A stretch of DNA of 63,785 bases, the filler included, from Reticulomyxa filosa (Eukaryota > Protista > Foraminifera): the NCBI GenBank assembly GCA_000512085.1. It is 13 parts of 13 records of this genome, joined end to end, with 100 filler letters (N's around TTAATTAATTAA, not from the genome) between each part and the next. Parts side by side here need not be neighbours in the genome. Positions count along the whole stretch, not along the records: positions 23,196 to 33,928 come from ASPP01020152.1; positions 34,029 to 43,440 come from ASPP01005441.1; 11 more parts are not named here. One strand, given 5' to 3'. The position numbers were made by a program, and so were the translations under genes. The notes beneath the pieces are model-generated. The model did not search any database and was not told where the DNA came from. It worked only from the letters and a program-made list of their open reading frames with translations. Below, in pieces: positions 23,241-36,598 of the stretch (its first letter is position 1; every line of letters starts with the position of its first letter).

Positions 23241-25227
23241 GTGAGTTACTTAACAAAGAAATGGGAGAGCTTTTCGGTGACGAAAATGAAATTGAAAAAT
23301 TGCAACAACAAGAGGAAATGAAATCACAACTGGAACAGCTGCAAAGTGATAATGACCGCTTGCAAAATGAAATTGATATGTTCAAGCGACAGCGGTTCCA
23401 ACAGGAGGACGATCAAAGCATGCATTCGCTTGACACACGCACGTCCATGGACAACGTTTTGTAAACAAAGAGAGATGATTTTTTATTGTCGTTATTGTTA
23501 TTGTTGTTGAAGGAGGAGGAAGGAGGGAGGGAGGGAGTCAAGAGAAAAGAACACTATGTTAAATCGATGTACTCTTGCAATATTTGTGGGGTTCACAGAT
23601 GATGGAGAAATTGAAACAACAAAATGAAGAATTGGAAAGCGAAGTGCAAAAGCTAACTTCATTTTTGGATAAAGCCGACAAAGAGAAAGCCGCATTGCTA
23701 ATTCAACTCGGAGAGCGGAATGATATTAATAGACAATATTTCAATGAAACAGAGAGCCTTTTGCAACAAGAAATTGACAATTTGAAAGAAGAAAATAAGT
23801 TGCTACAAGTAATCCTCTCTTTGCTTGTTTTTTACTCTTCAAACTATGTCAACCATTTTTCTTTCTTTAAAAAAAAAAAAAAAAAGCAAAAGATCAAGGA
23901 AATGGATAATGTGACAGCAATATCGGAACTTGTTATCAATCAAAAAGAATCTTTAGAAAGCCGTATTACATCATTACAGGTTTTGTTTTGTTTTTAAAGT
24001 GTGTGTATAATGTTAGCGGAGAGCGAAAAATACAATGCCGATTTTCTTTTTTTTTTTTTTAAAAAAAAAAAAGGAAGAAGTAATTGGAATGGAAAAATTG
24101 AAAGCGGAAAATATAGAGAACAAAGAGCGAGTGAATAAACTGATGAGTGAGATAGACGAATTGACGGCTAAGGTGGGCCAATTTCAAAACGAAAAGCAGT
24201 CATTGATCGAGCAGATCAATCACTTGGAAAAGCAGTCAAAGAATGTCACGTCTCATGAATCGGGCCTTTCCGCGTTGAAAGAGCAACACGACACTTTGTT
24301 GGTCAGTGTGACATGATGCTTCATATTTATTATATCTTGTATATATATATGTATATATATATATATATAATATATGTGTATATGCATATGTATATAAAGA
24401 CTAGTTGACAACACACAAATTACATAAATTTGATAAAGAAAAAATACGAAAAGAAAGAACAAGAGCACCAACACCAAAACGAGCACATTACCGATTTGAA
24501 TAAAAGATTGGAAACATTGATAATCCAATTGGATGATGCACAAACAGAAAAGAATGAGTTGGCTTCGAAAGTCGAAAAACTGGAGCCTGTTCAGACGGAG
24601 TTGGAAAGCGAGCTAGCACAATTGAAGGCCAACCACAGCAAAGAAATGAAAGAAGTAACCAGAGAATTGCATCTGGTTCAACAAGACAAACAGGAACTTG
24701 ACTCCAAATACAAATATAGTGCGGCAGAAGTTCTTCATCTGCAAAATGAACTGACTACTTTGAAGCATCAGCACCAACACCTAGGGCAAGAATACAACAA
24801 GCTCCAACTTGTCAATGAAGAATTAGCCAACATTAAAGAACTCAAAGTTTATATATTGTATATGCATATATAAATGTATGCTTTGTATTTGGAAGTAATG
24901 GATATCTAAACACTGTTGTACTTTAAATGGGCGAATTAATGTAGCATACGCTGCAAACCAAATTGGACAAATCGGAAGGGGAAAAGCACGTGTTGGAGAC
25001 GCGTTTGAAACAAAAAGAGAACACCCTGTCTGAGCAACGAGAAAAGACGCAATTGTTGCAACAGCAGATAATTGATCTGCAAGACCAGTATGCCCGCGCA
25101 CAGCAAGAAGTTTCTTCGGTATGTATGTGCGAATTGTTATGTCAACTCTCTCTCTCTATCTTTTTTTTTTTTTTAGCTTTGTTGTGGACCTTTTTGAAAC
25201 AGATGAGTTTGAATGATGTTTCTATAC

Positions 25228-25269
<42 letters not shown>

Positions 25270-28200
25270 GGGGATAGGCTATTGAGGAACGCGACAAATT
25301 GAAAGAGGAAATAGCCATCAAAAACGAAGACATAAAGACGATGACCCAACTAAATATCGTTTCTCATTCAGCGTCAAGTAGCATAGTTACACTTTGTTTT
25401 ATGTTCTCTCTCTCTCTCTCTCTCTTGTCAGAACAAGAGTGCCGCAATGATATTTGTATATCACTCAAAGAGAGCACACATGTGGTGGTACAGACGAGCG
25501 ACCAATCCGAATCAATCGACATGGCCACGATAAAAAGCGAAGAGGTCTCTCAAAAAGCTGTAATCTCGACCCAGGTCCGAGAGATCGAAGATCTGACCAA
25601 AAAGAACAAAGCTCAAAAAGACAAATTGGTGGAAGCCAGCAAAAACATCAAGAAATTGAAAGAAGCTTATATCAAGCAAAAAGCAGAGCTCCAAAACCAC
25701 AAAGCGGAGCTGGAGAAAGTGAAGGGCATGCTGCAAATACGAGAAACAGAGCACGTAGAATTGAAAAAGGCATACGACATGTTGAATACAAAACACAGCA
25801 AACTAGCCGACGAATTGGAAGAGCAGAGGCAGTTGAAAGACACCATCGATCAAATGAACAAAGAGATAACGACGCTAAAGCAAAGCTCAACAGAATGGAA
25901 AAAAAAATACGACTTGTTGAAACAGCAGCACGAGCAATTGCAAATGCAAGAAAAAGAGTACGAACGAGTTTCGAATCTATTTTTGAATTAATTAAGATAA
26001 GTTGATGAACATTTGATTATATGCATTTTTTGGATGACATAACATTGACAACAGACCATCGAAAACCTCAATCACGATTTGCAAAAAAACGACGACCATG
26101 TATTTGAACTGAGCGAGAAACTGAGTGCAGCCAAAGAACAGAACGAAAGCACTGGAGATAACCATCAAAAAAATGCAGTCAGAGGCCGATGCCGTGAAAA
26201 TGGCATTGTCTTGTGACGATGACATAGATCCGACCCAACAAACTTTTCAAGACTTGCTGCTGCAACAACGCAAGCAATTTGAACAAGACAAACAATCAAT
26301 CTTGCAATTGCAACTGGATCAACAGACCTTGCAACAGCAGTGCAACGTATTAGAAACTGAAAACCAAGTCTTGAAGCAAGCCAAACAAGGCACCGACACC
26401 GAGCTGACCATCCTTCGCGCAGAGTCAATCAAGTACCGTGAGCTGAAAGAACGCTTTGAACAACCGCTGACGTTGGTCGAAAGCGAGGACGAAGATGACG
26501 AGGACCACACCAAACGCAACTCACATGAATCACATCAACAAATACAACAGCTCAAAGATGAAAATAAAACTCTCGAGTTCTGTTTTTGTTTAATGATTTT
26601 TTTTTCCCCCTCCCCTCCCTCTCCCTCCTTTGAGATGTATTTATTTATACAAATGTACATGTACACATATACATATATTTATTTATATAATAGACAACGA
26701 GTAACAGAATTGCAACAGCAATTAGAACAACTCACCACGCAACGTGCTTTGGACAGTAGCGATGCAAATACTCGGGATAAAGATACAATAGAACTCGCCT
26801 GGAACGAACGCGAAGAGCAACTTCGTCAAGCGATGGAGCAGCAAGTGCAACAATTTCACTCTGAAAAAGAGAGACTCTTGGAAGAGTGCAACGAGTTGCG
26901 ACAACAGAACAATACGCTGCAACAACGGTGTCTTTCGATTCAAGAGGGAAACAACCAGATCAGCCAACAACTTGCCAGCTGGAGCGCTAAGGAAAACAAC
27001 AAGGGTCACTCCCATCCACGACAGTCTTCCCCTTTCAAGGAGTTGAGTTGTTGTTTTTTTGTTTTTTTTCTTCTTTTGTTCTTTCTCCACAAAAAAAAAA
27101 AAATAAATAAATAAAAAAATAAAAATAAATACTGACAAATAAGACACGAAAATCAAAACACTGAGATGTCGTTGGAATTAGAAACAAATCCAATAACACA
27201 AGAAACTCATGCCCACGTGTCGTCCGAAACGTCTTTACAAACATTGGCAATAAATTATCAAGTCGAACTGCAAGACAATCAAGAAAAGGGAGCTGTAAAA
27301 GAACAAGAGCAAGAACAAGAGCAAGCGCAAGAGCAAGCGCAAGAGCAAGGAAAAGACAAATCTCCAGATACGCAAGATATGAAAACGGGAGAACAAGACG
27401 ATATTGCCCAACAATCCAATGAAACAAGTGTCATCGACTCTTTGATGGACCCAACACCAATTCCAGGACCTAATCAAAGGCAGTCCACACGTCCACCTCT
27501 ACGATCTCTTTCTGCAAGAGGAGGACAGGACAAGGACAAGGACAAGGGCGAGGACGGGTTCAGACACGAGAACGTGGTCGCGGCCCAAATCGAAGACGAC
27601 CTATGCAAGGCGCAGGAAGGCCTCCACGTGTGTCGCCAATCATCTCGTCGGATGCGACTGTGGAACAAAACAACTCGGTGGATATGTTGACCGATCAAAT
27701 TGCCAAAGATATTCCATCGACAAAAGAAGCGCAACAAGACAATGAAAAGCAAGAAACAACAGAGCCAAAAGCAGTTCAAAGTCACGAACGCGTGAACGAA
27801 CCGCAAACGGATAGAAAACAAGAGGAATTGACTACAGACGTGCCACAAATGGACCAACTTGCCAATAACAAAACTGATGAAAATGCAGCTCAAAACAAAG
27901 ACAAAACAGAAAAAGAAAACGAGCAAGAACAAGACAAGGAAAATGAAGATGCAAATAAAAGTAAAACCGATAATGCAAATGAAAACAAAAACGAAAATGG
28001 GGCTGAAAATGAAAGCGACGAAGACAGACTTATGCAATCCAAGCCAAAACGTCCTGGAACGAAAAAAGAAAGCGTGTTTACTCGTGAAAATGCCAGCCAT
28101 CGGATTTATAGTAGTACCACCTCTGGGAGCAAAAGTGGTCGAATTCGTCGTCCTAGAGATACCAACACGCCATCTCAATCATTGACACAAATACCCTCAA

Positions 28201-29717
28201 AAGTTCCGGGATCAGTATCAGATACAAAATCCGTCAAAAAAACGGAGGTGGAAACAGAAGAGGAACAACAACAACAACAACAAAATTCAGCAATTGAAAC
28301 GTCTCAAGACAACTGTAGATCTATATTCGACAAGAAAAATGCTTCTGATACTGCATTGGACAACGATCCAAAAACTGGAGAAATACATTCTACTCTGAGC
28401 TCTTCCGAAACAGTACCAAAAACCACTGAAGCGCAAGGATTTTGGTCTTGGATCCCATTTCTTGGAACTAAAATATCAAAGCCGACCTTCAAACCACCCA
28501 AGTTTAAAGAGGTGAAAGATCCCAAAACCGGGGCCATCAAAAAAGTGTATACTCTTGACTTGAAAAATGTCAATGATGGCGGCTTGGATTGGAAAGACGG
28601 AGTTGGCTGGGTTGATGAGCATGTACGTTTTGTTTGTTTGTTTGTTTTTGTTTTTGAAAAAAATCTAACCAGATTGCGTTTGTACACTGAATGCAATTTG
28701 AAACAAAAGGGAAAGCCATTGTGCGACCAAGACGAAGGCCCAAAATCACAAAGACCACCCCAAAGAAAATCCCGTTCTGCTAGCTGATGCACATGAACGA
28801 AAATCAAGACAAAAATGACAATATTAACGCAGTTGAAGAAACAGCCAATAAGGAAAACGAACTGATGACACCTCCTATCGTTGACAATCGGATTTCGAGC
28901 GCAAGTGACAATGAAGTTATGTCCTCTTATCTTGAAGGGAAAAAAAGAGAAAAAGGGACGAGGAAAGAAGAAATGCGAGAGCAAAGAGTTTAAACATATT
29001 GTAAACAACAATTTATTAAAGAAGGCTATGGCACAGCGAATATCCGAATTAAATCTGGAAATAACAAATCTCAAACACAAGAACGCAAAATTGACACAAT
29101 TACTGGAGTTGAGTGGGCTGTTGTCTTTATTTTGTGCTCCTTTATTCTTTTACATTTTTTGTTGTTGAAGGAACGACAATAAAACGGAAAACGTCGCGGA
29201 ATTAATATCCTTAGAACTTGAAAAGCGACTTATTCCTAAAGTTATAGAAAATCATCGTATTTTGCGGCATTTACATCAATGGAGTTATGATATGCCGCAT
29301 ATCCTGGATGTTTCACATAACAAAGTGATCGCTTTGGCTAACAATAGTTATTTAAACAACAGGAACTTTGCAGTTCGTGTATCAATTGGATATTGGTTTA
29401 TGTTAAGATTTTGTTTTTTTATTTTGTCACAAACAAATTTAACTCAAATAGCAATATATTTCAAAAACATTAGATTGCTCCTGTTGTGTTTGATTGGATT
29501 CGTTTGGATACGAAACGACTTGGATGCATTCAATGGATATAACATGTGGATCGATAGTTCTTATCACGAAATATTGAATCTTGGGAACGATCTACGTGAC
29601 AAGATCCCTCCACAGTATCAAACCAATGCTGTGTTTGCTGTTAACACAGCAATAAATGTTACACAAGCACTATTCCAACAACTTAATGGGTTTCTGCCAC
29701 CAATTGGACAAAGATAA
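23241..29717 (+). CDS. Large multi-exon coiled-coil protein (5' partial) with an acidic disordered C-terminal half
   Basis: E/K/Q/L heptad-rich exons joined in frame by GT-AG introns (e.g. 23456-23598, 23809-23886, 23980-24073, 24302-24438, 24847-24944, 25110-25277); a few single-base frameshifts. Confidence 0.75.
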
Positions 29718-30103
29718 TTTTTTTCTTTTTGAGTTACATCTTTTTTAGACCTATGAACCACCTTTTTGACCGTCTAAAAAAAAATTCAGATTATCTATAA
29801 ATCAATGACAGTGGTTGTTGAGCAGAATAATTCCCAAAAGAGACAATCTTGAAAAAATTGACAATATTTTTTAAATTCAAGACATGAACACAAACAAAGT
29901 CATGATTAATAATTGTGAAAATCAAAGCAATAGCAACTTACAACAATGGCTCCAACAAAAAACTAATGTGATGACACAAAAAGTGTTGAACAATTAAATT
30001 CAACCAAGAAAACAATGCAAAACTGGCACTGAATTACAAAATGAGACCCAACCGTTTTATCTACCCATCCCTATTTTTAAAATAACTATTAAAGTGCACT
30101 ATT

Positions 30104-33100
30104 TCATTCTTGTGTCTCAGCGGATTTTGACGCAGATAAACTTCTGGCCGACGCTGAGATACTGTGTTTTCGTTCATGCAAGCCGGTTCCTTCCAAAGCT
30201 GTTACAACAAACATAAGATCGGTTTGTGAACGAGGGATGTTTGAAAATATTTTGTTGAAATAGTTTGTACCTTGAATTTTTTCAAATTGAATTTCTTTGG
30301 AATCATCAAATGCGCCTTCAAGGAAGTATAACGGAAGCCTCAGATTTGAAAAATGCCACACTAAATTCCAAAACAGCTGTGGATATTTGGTTCGGAACTC
30401 CACATTGCTTATGGCATCCACGCCACAAAGTAACATGATTTCTTTCAGTGTTGGGGTTGTTCCAGCCAGGGCAGTGTCTTGGGGCGTTGTTTGCTGCTGG
30501 ATTTGTGTCGGCGGTACTGAAACGAAGTGATCATTTGTTAAATTCTGTGGTCCGGTCACTATAACAGCTGAAGAGCCAGTCGAACTGACTTCACTTTGTC
30601 GCAATGTGTTATCTTTGGCCGTAACAGTTGTCGAATCTGTTTGCTCAATGTCATTTGTTTGATTGGTGCTCGTGGAAGTTGGTGTCAAGTTTGATATCAG
30701 ATTTAGATTTGGATTTGTAGTTCCCGCCTGAGAATGCCTATGATTTTGTGCATATGCTTGCATGACCTTGCGGATCTCGTTGTACACAATCGAAGGTGGC
30801 AAGTAATGACACCAAACCATTCTCTAATCATAAGCGTATTATTTCCATAGAACACAAAAAAAAAGAAGAAAAAAAAATTCTGTGCACTTGTGTATTTTAC
30901 ATTTTGTTTTTTCTTTCTTTATTTCACTCAAATTAAGTTTTTAAAAATGACATTGTAGGAGGAAACAAAACAGAAATTTAACTCTAAATGTAAGGCATAT
31001 ATTAGTATTTGACATATCAGATTTTTGTTCATTGGCACCATCAGTTTTGTTTTTGTCTCTACCACCAATTCGGAACAAGAATCTTCTTTTTTTCTTTTTC
31101 TTTTGAATTTTGTTGGTATCAGTTTTTCCCTGATCAGGTTCAGTTTTTTCAGTAGGCAAGTGGTGAGTGGAAGATCGCGAAGAACTTATCGAATGTTCTC
31201 TCGCTTTTATTTGATTGTCAGCATTGTCAACCTCCAAACTGTCTGTGTGTTGATGTTGCTGGACTGACTCCTCCGCGAGTTTTGAGGTTTGTTTTGTTTT
31301 TGCGTGCGTCTCACTCTCCCACACGTTTTCAGAAGACTCAAAAATGTGAGCATTGTCCGGCCTTGTAGTTTGTGTTTCCGTGGGAGCACCATGCTCGTTT
31401 GTGCTTGTCACATCTGTCGCGAACAGATTCATGTGTGTTTGCAATTCTTCCGTGTAAAGTGGGGGCTTGAGTAGACACTCTTGGATCTGTTCCATCCTCA
31501 TTGATGTCACGTCGTGTCCATTGATCGCAACCAATTGATCGCCCGGTTGGATCAGTGACGACACTGCAGCACCACGAGACAGCAAATTTTCTTTTTATTG
31601 TTGTTTGTTTATTTTTATGGGGAAAAAAAAAAGCCCTCACTCAAATAGAAAGATATGAATACATAAACAAAATAAAGCAAAACAAAACAAAACCAAATGA
31701 CATACCACTGGGTTTTTTCAGCGGAGTGCCATGCTGCACGCTTTTGATGACTTGTTTCACAAAACATGACGTATCTTTTCGTAGTGCAAACAATTCCAAT
31801 TTGGTTGTGGGCTGGCTGTCTAGCCAAACCTGATATTCTTCGGACTCTTTCACAACGATTTTGGCTGTAAAGCGATGTCCACACTTTGGACACTTTGTAG
31901 TCGCGTCATGATCCGTTTCGTTCCATCCCAAACGAATGTGACTTTATTTGTTTATTTGTTTACTTGTTTGATGTTGCTTTTAAAAAGTTACCAAAAAAAA
32001 AAAAAAGTGCAAAACAAAATACATACATACATATCATGCATCGGCTCTCTACACTCAGGACAGTCTTCCTCGATACCCACATCACGCCCAGGGAATGTAA
32101 AACGAAAGCGATTTCGAAGCTCAGAAGTGGTTTGATAAAATCGTTTGCGATTCTCGGATGGCTTTAAGTCAGCATAAAGTAGCAATGGATTGGACTGGCT
32201 CCGAACATGCTTGGTTTGATATTTTTCATTGGCTAGCATTTGGGGCAGCTGTCCTAATATTGTGTACGCCGCTTTCATATCACCATATACCTCTGTCAAC
32301 ACTTTCAGCAGCGCCGAATATACTGTACTATCAGGATGATATCCAAACTCATTCATCACTTCAACTTTTTGTAAGTTCCATTATTTATTTATATTTTTTG
32401 TTTGTTATTTTATCATATACATATATAAATATTATATAAGTTTGTTTATTGTCTTGTCTCCTCGCACTAAACACAGTTTGAGCGTTAAATGACCCAAGCC
32501 GCACCTGCCCATGGCATCGACTATTTCCGCAAATACCCATGAATCTGGCAACCCAACGTTTTCATTGATCATTTGATTGATGACCTTGATGAGTAAATAA
32601 ATTGATTGCAGCTGTGTTTCGTCATTGCTTTTTTGTGGCTCTTTTGTGTCTTTTTTTTCATCGGTCAAAGGCGCCGAAGTCAGAGTAACGCCAGAATCAG
32701 GCAGTGGCCGTTGAATGGTACGTAAAAATAAATAAAACCATAAATGATAGATGATACGGTCCAACTTGAATAGATTATCACCAGAGACACGTGCTTTGGG
32801 GTCAGTGCCATTCTCACTTCCATTCAAGGCTGCATTACCGCCTGTTTTTATATCGCTGTCGTGAGATTCCACCAAACTTTTCTGGCGCTCGTCGTTTTTC
32901 ACCAACAAGTCTGTGTCTCCACCAGTGGGGAATCTCTTTCTTGGTGCATAAAAGAGATTGGAATCGAGTTTTGGCCATTCCGTGTAAATATATTTTTCTG
33001 TTTCATTGCAACATTGTGCAAAAAAAAAAAAAAAAAAAAAAAGAACCACTTTTCTTTCCTCCTCAATCCGACCTTATCTCTTTTCGATCTCCAAAAAGAC

Positions 33101-33841
33101 AAACACAGAGAACTCAACTCGAACTTCGGTCCAAGTCACCAACAAATGGTGGTGGTACCTCAAATTCGTGGGAAATGCTATAGTCTCCACTTTCCAAAAA
33201 TGGTGTTGCTTTGGCCTTTGCAAATCGTGACCTTCCCAACTATTGTAGTTGTAGATGTGCATCCCTAATCTATTTTACTTTTGGAAAGAGGAGGGAGAAA
33301 GGGAATTAAACGTAACTTTTTCTAGGATCTTTTCATCAAAATACTTGACATCGTGGTCAATATCATCTCGAAGTGTTCGTTTTTCAATGAATCTCTTTTG
33401 ATGTTTTTTTTTTTTTTTAATTAAAGGGACAGAGGATGAAATCCCTTTGAAATAAACGTCAATAAACAATAAACAAAAACATACGTAAAACGTTTCGGTC
33501 CGACTTAAAGCGGCCAAAAAGGATTTGGATCCAGATGGAGAGGACTTCAAAAAGCGATCAATGTCAAACATTTTTTCCAAAGTCATGGAATCCCAAAACT
33601 CGAGGGATGGAGCAGAGTCACTCATCGAAGTGCTCATTGCGCGTCCTTTTTCGATGCTCGGAGCTTGCAAGTACGACCCAGTTAGCGTGACTGACATATC
33701 CCGGTTATTTCGGGAAAACATTTTGGGACGAATGACAAATTGATCATAATTGCGAAAGATTGACAACCACATTCGCAGAAAGCTGCTGCGAACTGCATAA
33801 TCCTGTTTCATCAATGTACACATTTTATAACGTACACACAT
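30104..33841 (-). CDS. DENND4-like Rab GEF (dDENN, PPR-like repeat, Cys motif, PDZ, C-terminal domain; 5' partial)
   Basis: dDENN VRSSFLRMWLSIFRNY..FDIDRFL..VKYFDEKI; PPR-like PDSTVYSALLKVL; CPEC..MGW..TKCPKC; YLPP..EI; PQLFWNLVWHFSNLRLP. Confidence 0.8.
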
Positions 33842-33895
33842 GCATACACTTTATAACATGTACACAGTTTACATAATAATGTCTAATGCAAATAC

Positions 33896-33928
<33 letters not shown>

Positions 33929-34028
33929 NNNNNNNNNNNNNNNNNNNNNNNNNNNNNNNNNNNNNNNNNNNNTTAATTAATTAANNNNNNNNNNNNNNNN
34001 NNNNNNNNNNNNNNNNNNNNNNNNNNNN

Positions 34029-35774
34029 CTTGTCGGATGTCTGAAGCTTGTCGGATGTCTGAGACTCGTTGGAAGATGGACTATTCTTTGAAGGCCGAGT
34101 TTCTTTTAGGGCAAGAGTTGCAACAGCTGCTCCACCAAAATTACCAATTTTTTTGATGATGCACTCGTTGGAAAACAGATGACCAATGTTGTTGTGGCCA
34201 TTCAATGAAGCAGGCAACTTAGGGATTACCACACACATTTGATTTGAGTAATCAATGGACATCGGACCATCTTGTGATGCAACAACCCAACACAAACACA
34301 ACAATACTGCTCAGCTCTTATTGCCATCACTTTTTCACCAAAAAAAAAGAAAAAAAAAAGAGTGTCTGTTTGTAGACATGGCGCTTGCGGCGTTGGTTGC
34401 TCAAAGTTTAACCTGGGTTCGAACGTTCAAATGGTCTACCAAATGGTGGTTTGCCTGAAGATGGCCCACCTCGAATTGGTCCATCTACGTTTCTGTCTTT
34501 GAATGATCGATCCGAAAACGATCTGTCTGAAAACCGATCACCGAAAGATTTATCGCTAAATGATCGATCTTCAAATGGTCGATCTTTAAATGGTCGATCT
34601 TTAAATGATCGATCTTCAAATGGCCGATCTTTAAATGGTCGGTCTTCAAATGGCCGATCTCTGAATGGTCGATCTTCAAATGGCCGATCTCTGAATGGTC
34701 GATCTTCAAATGATCGACCACCGAAAGATTTACCACCAAATGATCGATCTCCAAATGATCGATCTCCAAATGATCGATCTCCAAATGATCGATCTCCAAG
34801 TGATCGGTTTCTAGACAGGTGTTCCATAAATGGCGCAACAAAGATTTGTTTGTTTTCAAGTTTTATCTTATCCAATCTGCTGGCCACTTTCTCGCGAGTT
34901 TCATTATCGCTAAAATCGACGAAGGCAACCATGGATGTAGTACCCCTGGCTACCCTTCCATCTACTTTTTCTAGATTTGGGTCAATATCGCTCATTACTT
35001 CTCGCAATAATTTATTCAGGTCCTCATTGCTAAAATTATTGGGCAAGTTTTTTAGCACAGCTGTTCTCTCGGGATCTGAACAGCACATTTAAAGATGAGA
35101 GCAAGGGGGGAGGGGTAGAGTTTTTGCTCGTTTGCAAAATCAGAGCATAAATTTTTTTTTATGTGCACTTACAAAAAAAACAAAAAAAAACACACACACC
35201 ATTGGATCGTCTGCCAACACGAGCTTGATAAGGACTCTCTGATAATGGCTTGTGCGGCGTCTTCTGTTGTGTGTCAGCCGCAGATGACGGCAATTGCAAA
35301 CTAGAGGTATCGACGCTAACTTTGAAATCGCTGCTTTGCTCTTTGTGACTATTTTTTTTTCTTTTCCACTTTCTTTTTGAGGGGGCTGTCGTCCTTCAAT
35401 GTGTCAGTTGCCGGCAGTGATGGGGCTGCTGGGGCTGCTGGGGCTTCTGCTGTTGCTGGGGCTGCTGGGGCTGCTGTTGTTGCTGGGGCTGCTGTTGCTG
35501 CTGTTGTTGCTGTTGTTGCTGTTTCACTCGTAGCTTCTTTTGAAACTTCTGCCAACGCTTGTGAAGCGATATCAACTTCTTCTTGCACTTCTTGTGTGTC
35601 AGCTGATTTTTTCACTTTGCGTTTTTTTTTCGTCGTTTTCTCGGTTCCCATTTCTCGCAGCTGACGTTGCGTCAGAACATTCTGGAAACTTCCCGCTCGA
35701 AACGGATCTTTTGTACTGCAAGATACTAACGAACGTGAAGTAATCACCAAAAATCTTTGAAGAATACGAGACAT
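34029..35774 (-). CDS. RRM protein with a mitochondrial-type presequence and DR(S/P)Fx pentapeptide repeats (3' partial)
   Basis: MSRILQRFLVITSRSL..; RRM TAVLKNLPNN..VAFVDFSD; possible second RRM CVVIPKLPASL..; frameshift in an A-run near 35350; GT-AG introns. Confidence 0.65.
34495..34810 (-). repeat. 15-nt coding tandem repeat, about 20 copies
   Basis: On + the units are variants of aaatgatcgatctcc / aaatggtcgatcttt; on - they translate as DRSFG/DRPFE/DRPFK. Confidence 0.92.
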
Positions 35775-36269
35775 ATGACGACAATTATTTTAAATCACAA
35801 TTATCCAAATTAAAAAAAAGACTCGTCAAACTTTCTCTTTTCTGATTTTTCTCTGATTGCAATATTTTTTTTTATCCGTATGTAGTTGAAATTTTAAACG
35901 TCTTGTTAGTATCAACCAAAGGCTCAATGATAGGTACTCTTACGAAGGAAAAACAGGATCTAATATGAAAACCTTGTAACAAAGTTTGCAGTAAAATTCG
36001 GAATTTGATTAACTTCTTATATACGAACGGAAATCAATGCGGAATCATTGAAAAATAAAACAGATAAACAACGAACGCAAAAAAGGAAATAAATGCACGT
36101 ATGCCCCTCTTTTAGAATGGACCCAAGCAAAAACAATCTCAAAATTAAAAAATCTCCCAAATCAGTCCTAGCTGATCACAAAATAAAAACATTCAAGTTT
36201 TTTTTCTCACAAAAGAACTTTCAATCCCTTTATTGCTGGTTCATTTGATAAAGGGGTTTAAAGATTCTG

Positions 36270-36598
36270 TTAATGAGATCCTTTACTTGGTTTCGCAGTT
36301 TCATAAGTTTGCCAGTCTTTCTTTTTCCTGCAAACGTCACATCCTTCAATTTTCACCCACGCGAAGACAACAAGTGCCACAATAAAGCATCCAATGAAAA
36401 ATCCGATGAAAAAACCCAACACATTCAAATCATTATCACCAGGGTTGAGACCGGCGTCTAGTGTTGAGGTATATAATCAAACACGTTTCATGAATGGCGC
36501 AAAAACATAAGCCACTTAAAACAGATTTACCCGACAAACGTACTTGCTGTAGATAGGAATAAGGCAACAAAGATTGACAAAATTGCGTTGAAAGACAT
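36270..36598 (-). CDS. 80-aa single-pass membrane microprotein (exons 36598-36544 and 36457-36270)
   Basis: Spliced translation MSFNAILSIFVALFLSTANAGLNPGDNDLNVLGFFIGFFIGCFIVALVVFAWVKIEGCDVCRKKKDWQTYETAKPSKGSH*. The GTACGT..CTAG intron joins in frame; signal peptide, TM helix, basic cytosolic cluster. Confidence 0.72.

Noticed and set aside
34451-35092. Antisense and alternative-frame ORFs or a CRISPR-like array over the 15-nt repeat
   Set aside because: No spacers; the open frames are a by-product of a stop-free coding repeat.
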